The notes under the pieces were generated by a model. The model was not told the origin of the DNA and did not search any database. It saw nothing but the letters and a program-made list of their open reading frames with translations. Position numbers and translations under genes: made by a program. 64,000 nucleotides of DNA from an uncultured Thermoleophilia bacterium (GTDB taxonomy: Bacteria > Actinomycetota > Thermoleophilia > UBA2241), in NCBI GenBank assembly GCA_963702475.1, contig CAVPCT010000002.1, positions 224,001 to 288,000 on the forward strand. The letters are read 5' to 3'. Position 1 is the stretch's first letter. Each line of letters starts with the position of its first letter. Positions 48,225 through 60,200 of the stretch are shown one piece after another.

Positions 48225-51100
48225 ATGTCGAGCGCTGCGCCGACACACGAGCGGGGCGAGGGGGTGCGCGCACGCCGGCCGTTCGTCCGGCGCCGCCGCG
48301 TGCTGTACTCAGCTGCGCTCGTCGTCGTGGTGCTGGCCCTCGTGGCCGCGATCCTCTCCATCTACACGGACTGGCTGTGGTTCGGCGAGGTCGGCCTGCG
48401 CTCCGTGTTCTGGGCACGTGTCTGGACCGGCCTGGTCGCCGGCGCCGCCGCCGCCGCAGTGTTCCTCGCCGTCTTCATCGGCGACCTGGCACTGGCGGCG
48501 CGTTTGGCGCCTCGCTACCGTCCGGTCGCCGGCGTCGACGTGGTCGAGGCCGTACACGGGACGGCGCAGCGCTGGGTGCGGCGCGCCGGCCTCGCCGTCG
48601 GCGTCCTCGGCGCGCTCATCGCCGGCGCGGCGGCGGCCGGCGCGTGGCTCGTGTTCGCACGCGCCCTCAACGTCGTCCCGTTCGGCGCGTCCGACCCGGT
48701 CTTCCACCACGACCTGGGCTTCTACGTCTTCACGGTGCCGGCGTGGCACTGGGCCTGACGTTCCTGTTCTGGACGGTGTTCGTCACCCTGGTCGCGTGTA
48801 TCGTGGCGCACGTCGCGCTGGGCGGGATCTCCGTGCGCCGCGGCGGGCCGCCTCGGGCGGCGGAGCCGCCGCCTCGCGGGTGGGCGTCGCGGCTGGGTCG
48901 GGGCGTCTCCGCCGCGATCCCGCTCGAAGTCGCGCCCGGCGCGGTCGCCCAGCTTTCGGCGCTGCTCGGCGTGCTCTTCCTGCTCGGCGGCGCCGGCTAC
49001 CTCTTCGCCGCCTGGGATCTTCTGTACTCGACCGCCGGCGCCGTGTTCGGTGCCGGCTACACCGACGTGCACGTGCGCCTGCCGATGCTGCGCGTGCTCA
49101 TGGGCCTGTCCTTCGCGCTCGGCGCCGGGCTCGTGTACAACGCCGCCCGGCCACGCCGCCCGAGCTGGCCGCCGCTCGCCGCCGGCCTGTGGCTCGGCGC
49201 CGTGATCGTGCTGCTGGGCATCGTGCCGGCGGTCTGGCAGGCGCTCGTCGTGAACCCGAACGAGCTGGCCAAGGAGACGCCGTACATCGCCGCGGAGATC
49301 CGGGCCACGCGCGCGGCGTACGGCCTCACGGCGGTGACCGTGACCCCCTACTCGCTGCAGGGCGACCTGTCGGCCGCCGAGCTGCGCGTCAACCAGGTCA
49401 CGGTGCGCAACATCCGCCTCTGGGACCCGGACGTCCTGCGGCGGAGCTACAGCCAGCTCCAGGAGCTGCGTCCGTACTACTCGTTCAGCACGGTGAGCGT
49501 CGACCGCTACCAGCTGGGGGGCGGCTACACGCAGACCATGCTGGCTCCGCGGGAGCTGCAGCGTGACGGTCTGCCGGCCAACGCGCAGACATGGGTCAAC
49601 GAGCATGTCACGTACACGCACGGGTACGGCGTGACGCTGTCCGCGGTGAACCAGGTGGCCTCGGGCGGGACGCCCGACTTCCTCGTGCAGGACATCCCTG
49701 TGGTGTCGTCAGACGCGGCATTGCGGGTGATCCAGCCGCGCATCTACTACGGGCTGCTCGGCACCGACTACGTGCTCGTACGGACCAAGGGACCCGAGTT
49801 CGACTACCCCGGTCCCGGCGGCGACGTCTACACCACCTACGCCGGCACCGGCGGCATCCCGATCGGCGCGTGGTTCGATCGCATCGCCTTCACGGCGCGG
49901 TTCGCCGACATCCGCTTCCTGACCACCACCGCCATCACCGACCGGAGCCGTGTGATCATCTACGACGGTGTCCGCGAGCGTCTCGCGGCGGCGGCGCCCT
50001 TCCTGCGGTTCGACGCCGACCCGTACATGGTGATTGCCGACGGTCAGCTGTACTGGATCGCCGACGCCTACACGACGACCGACCGGGTGCCGTACTCGGA
50101 GCCCAACGGGCGCCTCAACTACCTGCGCAACGCGGTCAAGGCAGTGGTCGACGCCTACGACGGCAGCATGACGTTCTACGTGTTCGACGAGCGGGACCCG
50201 CTGCTCCGCGCGTACCGGCGCATCTTCCCCGGCGTGTTCGCCCCCGCTTCCTCGATGCCGGCCGGCCTGCGCGCCCACGTGCGCTACCCCGAAGACCTCT
50301 TCCGCATCCAGGCGCAGCAGTTCGCCACGTACCACGTCACCGACGCCAGCCTCCTCTACAACAAGGGAGACCAGTGGGAGATCCCTGGCAACGTGTCGAT
50401 CTCGGGCAGCGGGCCCATGGACGCCCTCTACATGGTCATGCGCCTGCCCGGCCAGCAGCGTGAGGAGTTCGTCCTGCTGCTGCCGTTCGTGCCGAACGGC
50501 CGGCCCAACATGATCTCCTGGCTGGGGGCGCAGTCGGACCGGCCGGGCTACGGCAAGGCGGTCGGCTTCCGGTTCCCGTCGAGCCAGAACGTCTTCGGCC
50601 CAGCCCAGGTGGAGGCGGCCATCAACCAGGACCCCACGATCTCGGCGCAGCGCACGCTCTGGGGGCAGCAGGGCTCCGCGGTCATCTTCGGCAACCTGCT
50701 CACGGTGCCCATCGGCGACTCCATGCTCTACGTCCAGCCGCTCTACATCGAGTCGCTGGTCACGCGCCTGCCGCAGATCCAGCGCGTGATCGTCTTCTAC
50801 CGCTCGCCCTCGGCCACGTCGCGCCTGCCGACGGGCCAGCAGCAGAACGTGGTCATGGCGCCCACCCTCGGGGAGGCCCTGGACGAGATCTTCGGGGGCG
50901 GGGCGACGCCGGGAGGCGGCGGTGGCGACGGACGGCCGGCGGGGGCGGCGTTCTCGGCCGCCGCGGCGAAGCTCGTGGCGAGGGCGAGCGCTCAGTACCA
51001 GGCGGCGCAGGCCGACCTGCGGGCCGGCGACCTGGAGGCGTTCGCGCGCGACGTGAAGGCGCTGGGCGAGACCCTGGCCCGGCTCGAGGCGATGCGGTAG
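48225..51100 (+). CDS. UPF0182-family membrane protein; missing base at ~48752
   Basis: YTDWLWFGEVG, FGASDPVFHHDLGFYVF; second frame GAGYTDVH, NIRLWDP, YTHGYG, NYLRNAVK, RYPEDLF. Confidence 0.9.
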
Positions 51101-51152
51101 GGGCACGGGGTCGGAGGCGCGCCGCCGGCGTGGCCGGCCGGCACGGATCGGT

Positions 51153-51770
51153 TCAGCCCGAGCCCGCGGCCCGGCTTCTGACGATCCGTCGCGCGCCGCG
51201 AGCCGTACCCTCGCCGACGGCCATGCCGATGAGGACGCCGGCCAGCACGTCCCCCGGGTAGTGCACGCCGGTGTGAACGCGCGAGTACGCGACCACCGCG
51301 GCGAGCGCCCGCAGGGGGAAGCCCGCGCCCGGGATCCAGGCGCACACCGCCTGCGCAAAGGCGAAGCCGGACGCCGAGTGCCCCGATGGGAACGACGTGG
51401 ACGTGGGCATGTCCACGTGCCGCTCGACGAAGGCGGTCTCGTCCGTGGCGCGGTCGGGCCGCTCCCGCTTGCCGAGCTGTTTCAGTGGCTGGTTGACGAT
51501 GAGCGAGTTGAGGCCGATGGCGACGGAGCCGGTGACGGCCGCCCGCCGGCCGCGGCGCCCCCCGGCGACGAACAGCACCGCGGCGATCGCGAACCAGAGC
51601 TTCGAGTTGTTGGCCGAGCGCGTGAGGCGGCGCAGCGGCACGTCCAGCGTCGGCGTGCTCGTCTCCTCGACGGCGCGGTAGACCGCGACGTCGAGGGCGT
51701 GGAGCTCGCCGAGCACCGTGCGCCCGCCGGCACGCACGTCTTCGAGCCTGCCGTTCAGACCGCCGTTCAC
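51153..51770 (-). CDS. PAP2-family phosphatase
   Basis: KQLGKRERP, SFPSGHSA, SRVHTGVHYPGDV. Confidence 0.92.
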   Translation of the reverse strand: MNGGLNGRLEDVRAGGRTVLGELHALDVAVYRAVEETSTPTLDVPLRRLTRSANNSKLWFAIAAVLFVAGGRRGRRAAVTGSVAIGLNSLIVNQPLKQLGKRERPDRATDETAFVERHVDMPTSTSFPSGHSASGFAFAQAVCAWIPGAGFPLRALAAVVAYSRVHTGVHYPGDVLAGVLIGMAVGEGTARGARRIVRSRAAGSG

Positions 51771-51792
51771 GTTGTGACCTTGATGGACGCGT

Positions 51793-53157
51793 TCACCGCG
51801 CTCCCTTCACCGGATGGCCGAGCGCTGTGCGCCACACGTCGGCGCTCAGCGTCCTCAGCGGTGTGGACAGGGCCGCCGGCGAGTAGCCGATGGCCTGGGC
51901 GTGCCGGCGGATGCGCAGCACGCCCGGACGAGACGTGAACACCAGTGGCGGCTCCATGTCCAAGGCTTCACCGTCGAGGCCGACGGCGACGGGCCCCGCG
52001 GACTCCACCGTCAGCGACGGCGTGTCCCACGCCACGTACCCCTCGAAGCGGTCCGGGCGGCCCGCGGCGAACTCCGCGATGAAGCGCGTCGCGGCGAAGC
52101 CGTCGGGCACGAGCAGGGCGAAGACGCCGAGCCGGCCCGTGTCCAGGCGGGGACGCGAGCTGAGCCCGGTGACGGTCGTCCCGTACGGGCCGTTGGACAC
52201 CTGGAGCACGTGCGCCCCGTCGTGCCTGACGCCGTCGGGGCCGGTGAAGCGCAGGTCGAACGGCCGCGAGTCCGGGCCGAGCATCTCCGGTAACGCGGCC
52301 AGTGTCGTCTCGCGTTTGGCGTCGCGGTACTCGGGCGACCGGACGATGGAGGCGTACAGGCCGAGCGAGACGTTGTTCACGAACACGCGCCCGTTCACGT
52401 CGGCCAGGTCGATGACGTGCTCGTACGCATCGCCGTAGGCGTCCAGAGCACCGACGACGTCGTTGCGGTCGAGCCCCAGGTCGAGCGCGAAGTGGTTCCG
52501 CGTGCCGGCCGGGATGACGACCATGGGCACGCCGCGCTCGGCGGCGATGCTCGCCACGAGCGCCTGGGACCCGTCGCCGCCGGCCATACCGATTACGTCG
52601 GCGCCCCTGTCGATGGCGTCCCGGGCGAGCTGCAGCAGGTCGTCCCCCGGCTGCAGGACGATGGGCTCGATACCCCGCGTCTTGCACTCGTCCACGAGGT
52701 GGAACTTCTCCGCCTTCCCGCCCCCGGACCTGAGGTTCATGATCAGCGCCCCGTGCCGGGCGGCGGGGACGGGCGCGCCGGGCGTGCGGCTGCGCTTGAG
52801 GGTGCGCCGGTCGCGGGAGAGCGCGTACCTCGCGAGGCCCGTGGCGACCAGCAGCAGGACGATGCGGATCAGGAGCGACAGGGCCATCATCTCGCCCCTG
52901 GCGATCTCGAAGACGATGATCCCGACGAAGGCGGCTGCGGCGACCGTGGCGGAGAGCCAGCGGAGGGCGCCCTTGCGCGTGAGCGCGTCCCACGCGGAGA
53001 CGCCGAGCACGAGCAGCAGGGCCGCCTGGGCGAGGAAGATGAGGGGGTCGGCGAGGATGACCAGCGCGGTGTCGACGAGGACGTAGACGCCGAGCAGTAC
53101 AGCCGCGACGGCGGCCAGGCGGCGGCGCAGGGGCGGCCGTACCGGTGTACCGTTCAC
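51793..53157 (-). CDS. Diacylglycerol kinase family protein with N-terminal TM region
   Basis: NLRSGGGK, AGGDGS, PAGTRNHFA, FVNNVSLG, LDGE; GGAGG RBS before GTG 53157. Confidence 0.9.
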   Translation of the reverse strand: MNGTPVRPPLRRRLAAVAAVLLGVYVLVDTALVILADPLIFLAQAALLLVLGVSAWDALTRKGALRWLSATVAAAAFVGIIVFEIARGEMMALSLLIRIVLLLVATGLARYALSRDRRTLKRSRTPGAPVPAARHGALIMNLRSGGGKAEKFHLVDECKTRGIEPIVLQPGDDLLQLARDAIDRGADVIGMAGGDGSQALVASIAAERGVPMVVIPAGTRNHFALDLGLDRNDVVGALDAYGDAYEHVIDLADVNGRVFVNNVSLGLYASIVRSPEYRDAKRETTLAALPEMLGPDSRPFDLRFTGPDGVRHDGAHVLQVSNGPYGTTVTGLSSRPRLDTGRLGVFALLVPDGFAATRFIAEFAAGRPDRFEGYVAWDTPSLTVESAGPVAVGLDGEALDMEPPLVFTSRPGVLRIRRHAQAIGYSPAALSTPLRTLSADVWRTALGHPVKGAR

Positions 53158-53332
53158 TCGGGCGTCCTCCGTCTCGCGGTCATGCCTGTCATGGCCCCCT
53201 CCATGGTCGTCGGCGGATTCTCGCACACCGCGCGGAGCCGGGCACGTGGCTCGCAGGCCCGGGTGCCTGCTTCGTGCGCCCCGGGCGGCGCCGGTTTCGA
53301 CTGGCGGCCCGCGAGGGGTATGCTGCCGTCTC

Positions 53333-53902
53333 GTGAGACCGACTGCCGCACAGATGGCCGCGTCGCTGGGGTTGCAGCCGCACCCCGAGGGCGGCTACTA
53401 CCTCGAGACCTACCGCGCGACGGCGACGCTCAGCACACCGCGCGGTGAACGTCCGGCGTCCACGGCCATCATCTTCCTCGTCACGGCGGAGTCCGTCAGC
53501 AGGCTGCACCGGCTGGGCAGCGACGAGCTCTGGATCTACCAGGGCGGGCTTCCGCTCGAGCTGGTCACGCTCTCGCCCGAGGGCGTGCTGGAGACGCGCG
53601 TGCTCGGCGACCTCGAGGAGATCGTGCGCAGCCGCGACCACGGGGCGCCGCCCACGGAGGACTTCCCCGTGGGGCTGCCGGCGGGTTCGGAGGAGTGGCT
53701 GCTGCAGGCGCTGGTGCCGGCGGGCAGCTGGCAGGGCGCCCGCATAGCGGGCGGCCCGCACCTGCCCGCCGACTACGCCTGGGCCGTCGTGAGCTGCGTC
53801 GTCACGCCGGGCTTCGACTACGCGGACTTCGAGCTCGGTGACCGCGGGACGCTTGTGGCGGCGTACCCGGATCACGCTGAGGTCATCGGCGCGCTGACCT
53901 GA
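53333..53902 (+). CDS. Cupin_5 (DUF985) protein
   Basis: LGLQPHPEGGYYLET, STAI, HRL.SDELW, VPAGSWQGA, SCVVTPGFDYADF. Confidence 0.9.
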   Translation: MRPTAAQMAASLGLQPHPEGGYYLETYRATATLSTPRGERPASTAIIFLVTAESVSRLHRLGSDELWIYQGGLPLELVTLSPEGVLETRVLGDLEEIVRSRDHGAPPTEDFPVGLPAGSEEWLLQALVPAGSWQGARIAGGPHLPADYAWAVVSCVVTPGFDYADFELGDRGTLVAAYPDHAEVIGALT

Positions 53903-54006
53903 GCGCGGCTGCCCGGACGCCCGGGTCCGGCCCACTCACGCCTGCCTCTTCGAGAGGGCCGGCGGCTCCCGCGTTCCGTCCGCGGGCGGTGATAGGCTCG
54001 GCGCCC

Positions 54007-57000
54007 ATGTCAGGAACCCACGGACACAGCGGACTGCTTGCGCGCGGTCGCTTCTCCGAGCTCGAAGGCGCGCTCTCCCAGCGCGTCCGCGAGCTCAAGC
54101 AGGAGGCGCCGCTGGCGCCCGTCGTCGTCATCGTCGGGTCGGCCGCCGTCAGGGTCCGCGTGGGCGATGTGCTGGTGCGGCGGCTCGGTGGCGTCGCCAA
54201 CGTGGGGGTCGTCACCTTCGGCGGCTTCGCGGCAGACCTCGTGGCGCAGCACGCCGAGTGGCCGCTGCCCACGCTGAGCGCCCTTGCGCGTGAGAGGCTC
54301 GTGCGGCGGGTGGTCGCCGCACACACGGCGCGGCTCGCGTACTACGGTCCCGTGGTCGAGCGGCCGCATTTCGCGGCTGCCCTCGCGGCCACGTTCTCAG
54401 ATCTCCGTGAGGGATGTGTCGACCCCGCGTCGGCGTGGGCGAGCGCTCTCGAGGCGTCGCCGGTACAGGCCGCACCACCGAACCGCGCGGCCCTGGCCGA
54501 CCTGGCTCTGTTGTACGCCGCGTACTGCCGCGAGCTGCGGCAGGTGGGGGTCGCGGACAGGGCTGGGGTCCTCCTGGCAGCCGCCGAGCTGCTCGAGCGC
54601 GGCGCCGGCGCCGGTTCGCACGCCATCCTGTACGGCATCTACGACCTCAACCGTGCCCAGGAGCGACTGGTCGTGGCGCTGCTGGCTTCGGGCGCGGACG
54701 CCTTCGTCCCTGCGCCCCGAGACGCGGACCTGTCCGCGGTCACGCTGCTCGCGGTCGCGACGGACGCAGGGCTGGCCGAACAGGCCTGCGAGCCCGGGCG
54801 AGCGTCCGCGGACCGTGAGCTCGTCTCCGGTGTCTGGAGCTCCCGTCAAGACGGCGATCCGGGCAGGCTGCAGCCGGCCGGTGACGGCAGCCTCGAGGTG
54901 GTATCGGTGCCCGACGAGCGCGCCGAGGCTCGCGAGGCCGTGCGCGCGGTCGTGGCCGCCGCCGAGGCGGGCACGCGCCTGTACGACTGCGCCGTCGTCG
55001 TGCCGCGGCAGGACGACGTGCCGCGCCTCGCGGCGGCATTCACGGCGGCCGGCATCCCCGTGGCCTGCCGGCTCCCCGAGTCAGGTACGGCACCCACGCT
55101 GCTGCGGCGCGTGGTCGAGTGCCTCTCGCCGGAGGCCGGAGAGCCGTTCGCGCGCCGCGCCGTCGTCGACCTCTTGCAGACGGCTCCGCTGGCCGGCGGT
55201 CCGCCGCAGCCGGGAGACGCCGCCCTCTGGCTGGACGAGGCGCGTAAGGCTGGGGTCGTCTGCGGGCTCGACCAGTGGCTCGAGCGGCTGTCCGCGCGCG
55301 CGAGCTACCTGGAACGACGTGTGCCGGAGCTCGAACTGGCTCAAGATCCTGGCGCGGACGACGACGGTGGCGAGCGGCTCGAGGTCGCGCGCGTCCGCCT
55401 GCGGGCGGTCGGCAGCCTGCACGCCGCCGTCGCGGCGCTCGCACGCGCTATGCGTCGCCTGCCGTCGGGGCGTGCGCCGTGGGCGGCCTGGGCGGACGCG
55501 TTCGCGCTTCTCGTCGCGGACGTGTTCGCGCCCGAGATCGCGGAGCCCGTTGCCGACGTCACCGGCCGGCTGCACGCGTTTGCCTTGCTCCCTGAAGAAG
55601 TTGAGCTGGCCGACGCGGCCGCAGGCCTGCGCGACGTGCTCGCCGCGGCCACCGTCCAGTGCAACCGGGTCGGGCGTGTCGGCGTGGCTCTGCTCGCGCC
55701 GCTCGACCTGCGCGGGCTGAGCTTCTCCACGGTGGTCTTCACGGGGCTCGCCGAAGGCGGCTTCCCCGTGCGTGGGCGGCCCGATCCCCTGCTCGGCGAC
55801 GGACTGCGGCGCGGCCTCAACGAGCTGGCCGGCGTGCGGCTCCCGCTCGCCGAGCAACGCGATGCCGAGTCGGCGCTCCTCTTCGGTTTCGTGTGCGAGT
55901 CGGCGCGTGACCGCCTGCTGTTGCTCGCGCCCCGTACCGACGCGGCGACCGGGCGTCCGCGCCTGCCGTCGCGATTCGCCTTGCGGCTGGCCTCTCTCGC
56001 GGCCGGCCGCCCCGTCGGCCAGGAGGAGTACCTCAGCGGCCGGCCGCTGGCGCCCGTGTGGCGCCACGTCGGTGGCGCCCCCGCCTTCGCCGACGGTGTC
56101 GTCTGGGTCGACGGGCGCGAGCGCGACGTCGCCGCTTTGCTCGCGCTTTCGGGCACCGGCGCCCGGCGGTCTGCGACCGCGTACTTCGAGGCGGTGCTCG
56201 GCTCCTCGGCCGCCGCCGCCCGCCGCCTCTCCGCGTGGCGCGCGTCTCAGGGCGGCCGGGCGGGGTCCTGGGACGGCCTGCTCTCCGCCGAGGCGCGCGC
56301 GGCGCTCGCCGCGCGCCACCCCTTCTCCGGTGAGCTCCACCCCACGAGTCTCGAGCGCTACGTCACCTGTCCATGGGTGTTCCTGCTGCGCTCGGTCTTC
56401 GGGCTCGAGGCGCCTCAGGAGCCCGGCGACTCGCTCGACATCGACGCCATGGAGTACGGCTCCCTCGCTCACGCCATACTCGAGGATGCCTACGCGGGTG
56501 TCGTCGCGGAAGACCTCGATCTCAGGGGGGCGCTCGCGGCAGTGGACGAGGCGTGGGAGGTGCGCTGTGCCGAGGCCGAGCGCAGCGGCGTCACCGGCGC
56601 TGCCCTTGCGTGGGAGGTACGTCGCGACCTGCTGCGCGAGGATCTCCGCGAGACTGTGCGGCGGGATCCGGTGTTCGCAGCCGGCGAGGGCCGAACGCGG
56701 GGCGTCGAGTGGCGGTTCGGCGACCGGCACGGTCTGCCGGTCGTCCTGTCCTTGGACGACGGCCGGCAGATCCGTTTCGGCGGGCGTCTCGACCGCGTCG
56801 ACCAGACGCCGGCCGGCGCCCGCGTCGTGGACTACAAGACGGGCGCCGGATCCATCGAAAAGGGCCGCCTCAAGGATCGGCTCAGCGTGCAACTTCCCGT
56901 CTACCAGCTTGCGGTGCGGCAGGCGTGGGCCGCCTTGGCGCCCGACGAGGACGAGCCGGCGGCCGTCACGTCGCTTTACCGGCTCGTCTCGCGCAAGGGA

Positions 57001-57255
57001 GGGTTCCAGGACCTCGTGCTGCCGCAGGCCGAGCCCTCCGCCCAAGCGCGTCTTCGTGAGCTCGTGGCCCAGGCCGCGGCTCTCGTCGACCGGGGGTGCT
57101 TCCCGCGCACCACGCGCGGTCGCTGCGAGTACTGCGACGTGGGGTATGCCTGTGGCGTGTCTGAGTGGGCGCGGGCCCGCAAGCGGGAGAGCGAGGCGAT
57201 GGCGCCGGTCGTGAGCCTGCAGGGTCCGGCTCCGAAGGGTGGCGGCGATGCCTGA
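54007..57255 (+). CDS. addB: AddB-like subunit: inactive helicase fold + PD-(D/E)XK nuclease with Fe-S cysteines
   Basis: PTSLERYVTCP, GSLAHAILE, GRLDRVD, VVDYKTG, QLPVY, CEYCDVGYAC; no Walker A seen. Confidence 0.85.
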   Translation: MSGTHGHSGLLARGRFSELEGALSQRVRELKQEAPLAPVVVIVGSAAVRVRVGDVLVRRLGGVANVGVVTFGGFAADLVAQHAEWPLPTLSALARERLVRRVVAAHTARLAYYGPVVERPHFAAALAATFSDLREGCVDPASAWASALEASPVQAAPPNRAALADLALLYAAYCRELRQVGVADRAGVLLAAAELLERGAGAGSHAILYGIYDLNRAQERLVVALLASGADAFVPAPRDADLSAVTLLAVATDAGLAEQACEPGRASADRELVSGVWSSRQDGDPGRLQPAGDGSLEVVSVPDERAEAREAVRAVVAAAEAGTRLYDCAVVVPRQDDVPRLAAAFTAAGIPVACRLPESGTAPTLLRRVVECLSPEAGEPFARRAVVDLLQTAPLAGGPPQPGDAALWLDEARKAGVVCGLDQWLERLSARASYLERRVPELELAQDPGADDDGGERLEVARVRLRAVGSLHAAVAALARAMRRLPSGRAPWAAWADAFALLVADVFAPEIAEPVADVTGRLHAFALLPEEVELADAAAGLRDVLAAATVQCNRVGRVGVALLAPLDLRGLSFSTVVFTGLAEGGFPVRGRPDPLLGDGLRRGLNELAGVRLPLAEQRDAESALLFGFVCESARDRLLLLAPRTDAATGRPRLPSRFALRLASLAAGRPVGQEEYLSGRPLAPVWRHVGGAPAFADGVVWVDGRERDVAALLALSGTGARRSATAYFEAVLGSSAAAARRLSAWRASQGGRAGSWDGLLSAEARAALAARHPFSGELHPTSLERYVTCPWVFLLRSVFGLEAPQEPGDSLDIDAMEYGSLAHAILEDAYAGVVAEDLDLRGALAAVDEAWEVRCAEAERSGVTGAALAWEVRRDLLREDLRETVRRDPVFAAGEGRTRGVEWRFGDRHGLPVVLSLDDGRQIRFGGRLDRVDQTPAGARVVDYKTGAGSIEKGRLKDRLSVQLPVYQLAVRQAWAALAPDEDEPAAVTSLYRLVSRKGGFQDLVLPQAEPSAQARLRELVAQAAALVDRGCFPRTTRGRCEYCDVGYACGVSEWARARKRESEAMAPVVSLQGPAPKGGGDA

Positions 57256-60200
57256 GCGCAGCGTCTGCGACGCCGACGTCCGTCTGCGGGTCACGAGCGA
57301 GCTCGCGACCACCTTCCTGCTCGAGGCCGGCGCTGGCACGGGCAAGACGAAGGTGCTGGTGGACCGCTACGTCGCGTGCGTCCTGGACGAGGCGCGCGGC
57401 GCCGGCGACGTGCGTGCCGTGGCCGCCATCACGTTCACCGAGAAGGCCGCGGGCGAGCTGCGGCAGCGCATCCGCGAAGAGCTCGAGCGGCTTGCCGCGG
57501 CCGAGGCTGCTGGCTCCCCATCCGCACAACGCGTCCAGGCCGCGCTCGACGCGCTCGACGACGCGCCTATCGGTACCATCCACGGATTCGCCGGCCGTCT
57601 GTTGCGTGAGTTCCCCGTGGAGGCGCGTGTCGACCCGGCGTTCGAGCAGCTCGACGAGCTCGGGTCAGACCTCGAGCGTGCTCGGCTGTGGGGCGAGTGG
57701 CTCACCGGGCTCGCCGCCGCCGGCGACGGGCACCAGACCGTCCGGCGCCAGCTGCAACGACTTCTCCGCGCCGGCGTCACGCTCGACGATGTGCGCAAGC
57801 TTGCCGTCGGCAAGAGCGGTGTGTTCGGTGAGCGGTACGACATCGAGGCAGTCACCGGCGTCGCGGACGAGCCCGACCTCGCGAGTCACCTCGAGAGGCT
57901 CGCGCGGGCGGTCGACGACCTGTGCGCCTTCTGCAGCGTCGCCTGCGGCGACCAGGAGGACGGCGCCTTCAAGGGCGCCATGGGCCTCGCGGGCGCGTGC
58001 CGCGAGGTGCTCGGCGGTGCGCCTGTCGAGGTCGACCAGCTGGTGGCATCGTTGTCCCGCATCACCGTCCGCGAGAAGCAGGGTGGCCTCGGCGGCCGCC
58101 AGGGCAACTGGTCCGCGACGCACGGCGGCAAAGACGTCTTGTGGGAGCGCTACCGGGCGGCGGCCGGCGTGGTCACCGCGATCGTCGACGCCTACGCCGA
58201 GTATCTCACCGGCCTCGCCGTGGCCGTCGCCGACTCCTTCTCCCGCTGGGCCGGAGCCACCCAGCTCGGCCTGGGCCGCCTCGATTTCACCGATCTGCTC
58301 GGGTGCCTGCGTGATCTGCTCCTGCACGATCGCGAGGCACGCCGCACGCTGCAGCGGCGCTTCAGCTACGTGCTCGTGGACGAGTTCCAGGACACCGACC
58401 CGCTGCAGGCGGAGATCGTGTTCTTCCTCTGCGAGCGTGAGCCGCTGGCCGGCGACTGGCGAGAGGTGGTGCTCGAGCCGGGCAAGTTGTTCGTGGTGGG
58501 CGACCCGAAGCAGTCCATCTACCGCTTTCGCCGCGCCGACATCGCCATGTACGACGAGGTCAAGCAGCTCGTCGCTGCTCAGCCGGGCGGGTCCGGGGAG
58601 GTCAGGGCCATCAGCCAGAACTTCCGCACCACGCCGGCGGTGCTCGGGTGGGTCAACAACGTGTTCGCCGACCTGTTCGACGGCGAGCAGGAGACCGGCC
58701 GCCAGCCCGGCTACCAGTGGGTCGAGCCGTACCGGCTCTCCGTCGAGGAATCGCGCGTGGCGGTGCTCCTCGGGCCTCCGTACGACGGGTCGGCCGGCTC
58801 CGCCGACGCGCAGCGGCGCGACGAGGCGCGCGCGGTGGCCGGCCTGCTGGCGCGCGTCCACGGCTACGATGCGCATGCATGGGCAGTCCGCGAGCGTGAG
58901 GCCGGCGGCGACGGTGAGGTCCCTCGCGCGCCGCAGTGGGGCGATATCGCCGTGCTGTACCGCACCACCACGGGACTCGAGACGCTGGAAGACGCGCTGC
59001 GCGAGGCAGGGGTGCCGTACAGGGTCGACGGCGGCACGACGTACTTCGCGCGCCGCGAGATCGACGACACGCTGCTCTGCCTGCGCGCCGTCGACGACCC
59101 CAGCGACGGGCCCGCAGTGTACGGCGCTCTCCACTCCACGCTCTTCGGCTTCACCGACGACGACCTGTTCCTGTTCTGGGCGGCCGGCGGGCGCTTCGAC
59201 CTGTTCGGGGAGCAGCAGCCGGAGGCCTGGCCGGCCGTCGCCGCCGCGCTCCGCAACCTGCGCGAGTTGCACGCATCGCGGGCACACCTGGAGCCACACG
59301 AGCTCGTCGACGACCTGGTGAGACGTACTCGAGCCGCCGACCTGCTCGCGGCTACGGGCTCCGGTGGGGCTCAGTCGATCGCCAACCTCGACAAGCTCGT
59401 CGAGCGGGCGCGCGCCTTCTCGGGGGCGAGCGGCGGCAGCCTCGCGGCCTTCCTCGCGTGGGCGGCTGAGGCCGGGGAGGCCGCCGGTGAACAGGAGTCG
59501 CAGGTCGACGACGCAGGCGACGTCGTCCATCTGCTCACCATCCACAAGGCCAAGGGTCTCGAGTACCCCATCGTCGTCGTGTACGGCGGGGGACGCGGGG
59601 GGCGCGGCGGCGGTGGCGGCGGGGAGCCGATCGTGGACCGCGGCTCGCGGCACATGTCCATCCGGCTGCGCGTCGCGCTGCCGGGATCGGCGCAGCAGAC
59701 CCTCGAACCCGGCGCGTACACGCGCCTCAACGAGCGTGAGAAGCGCATGGGGGAGAGCGAGCTGAGACGCCTGCTCTACGTGGCCGCGACGCGAGCGCGC
59801 GACCACCTGGTGGTCAGCTGTTTCGGCACTCCGCTCACGAAGGACGGCGAGCCGGTCGCGGGAGCGCTGCTCGGGCCCATCGCCGGGTCGCTGCCCGCGC
59901 CGGCCGTGCTCGACGCCGACGTCGAGGACGACGGGTTGCTGGTGCTGGCCCCGAGCGCCGCGCTGCCGGGGGCGGAGGGGGAGGCGACCGTCGACACGCA
60001 GCGGCTGCTCGAGGATCGGGAGGCGTGGAACGTGCGACGAAACGAGGTCATGGCCACCGCCTCGGCGCCGGCGCCGGCGACCAGTCCGAGCAGCCTGGAA
60101 CACGTTGACGAGGAGGCGCGTGTGGGCGGGCCGGGCGCTCCTCCCGGCAGAGCCCGTGCGCTGGCGCTCGGCACGGCCGTGCACCGCATCATGGAGTTGT

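Noticed and set aside
48740-48760. UPF0182 split into two ORFs
   Set aside because: One missing base in a short G run restores a full protein; likely sequencing indel
59580-59630. G-rich tract in addA as a phase-variation site
   Set aside because: In-frame Gly-rich linker with mixed codons; no long homopolymer
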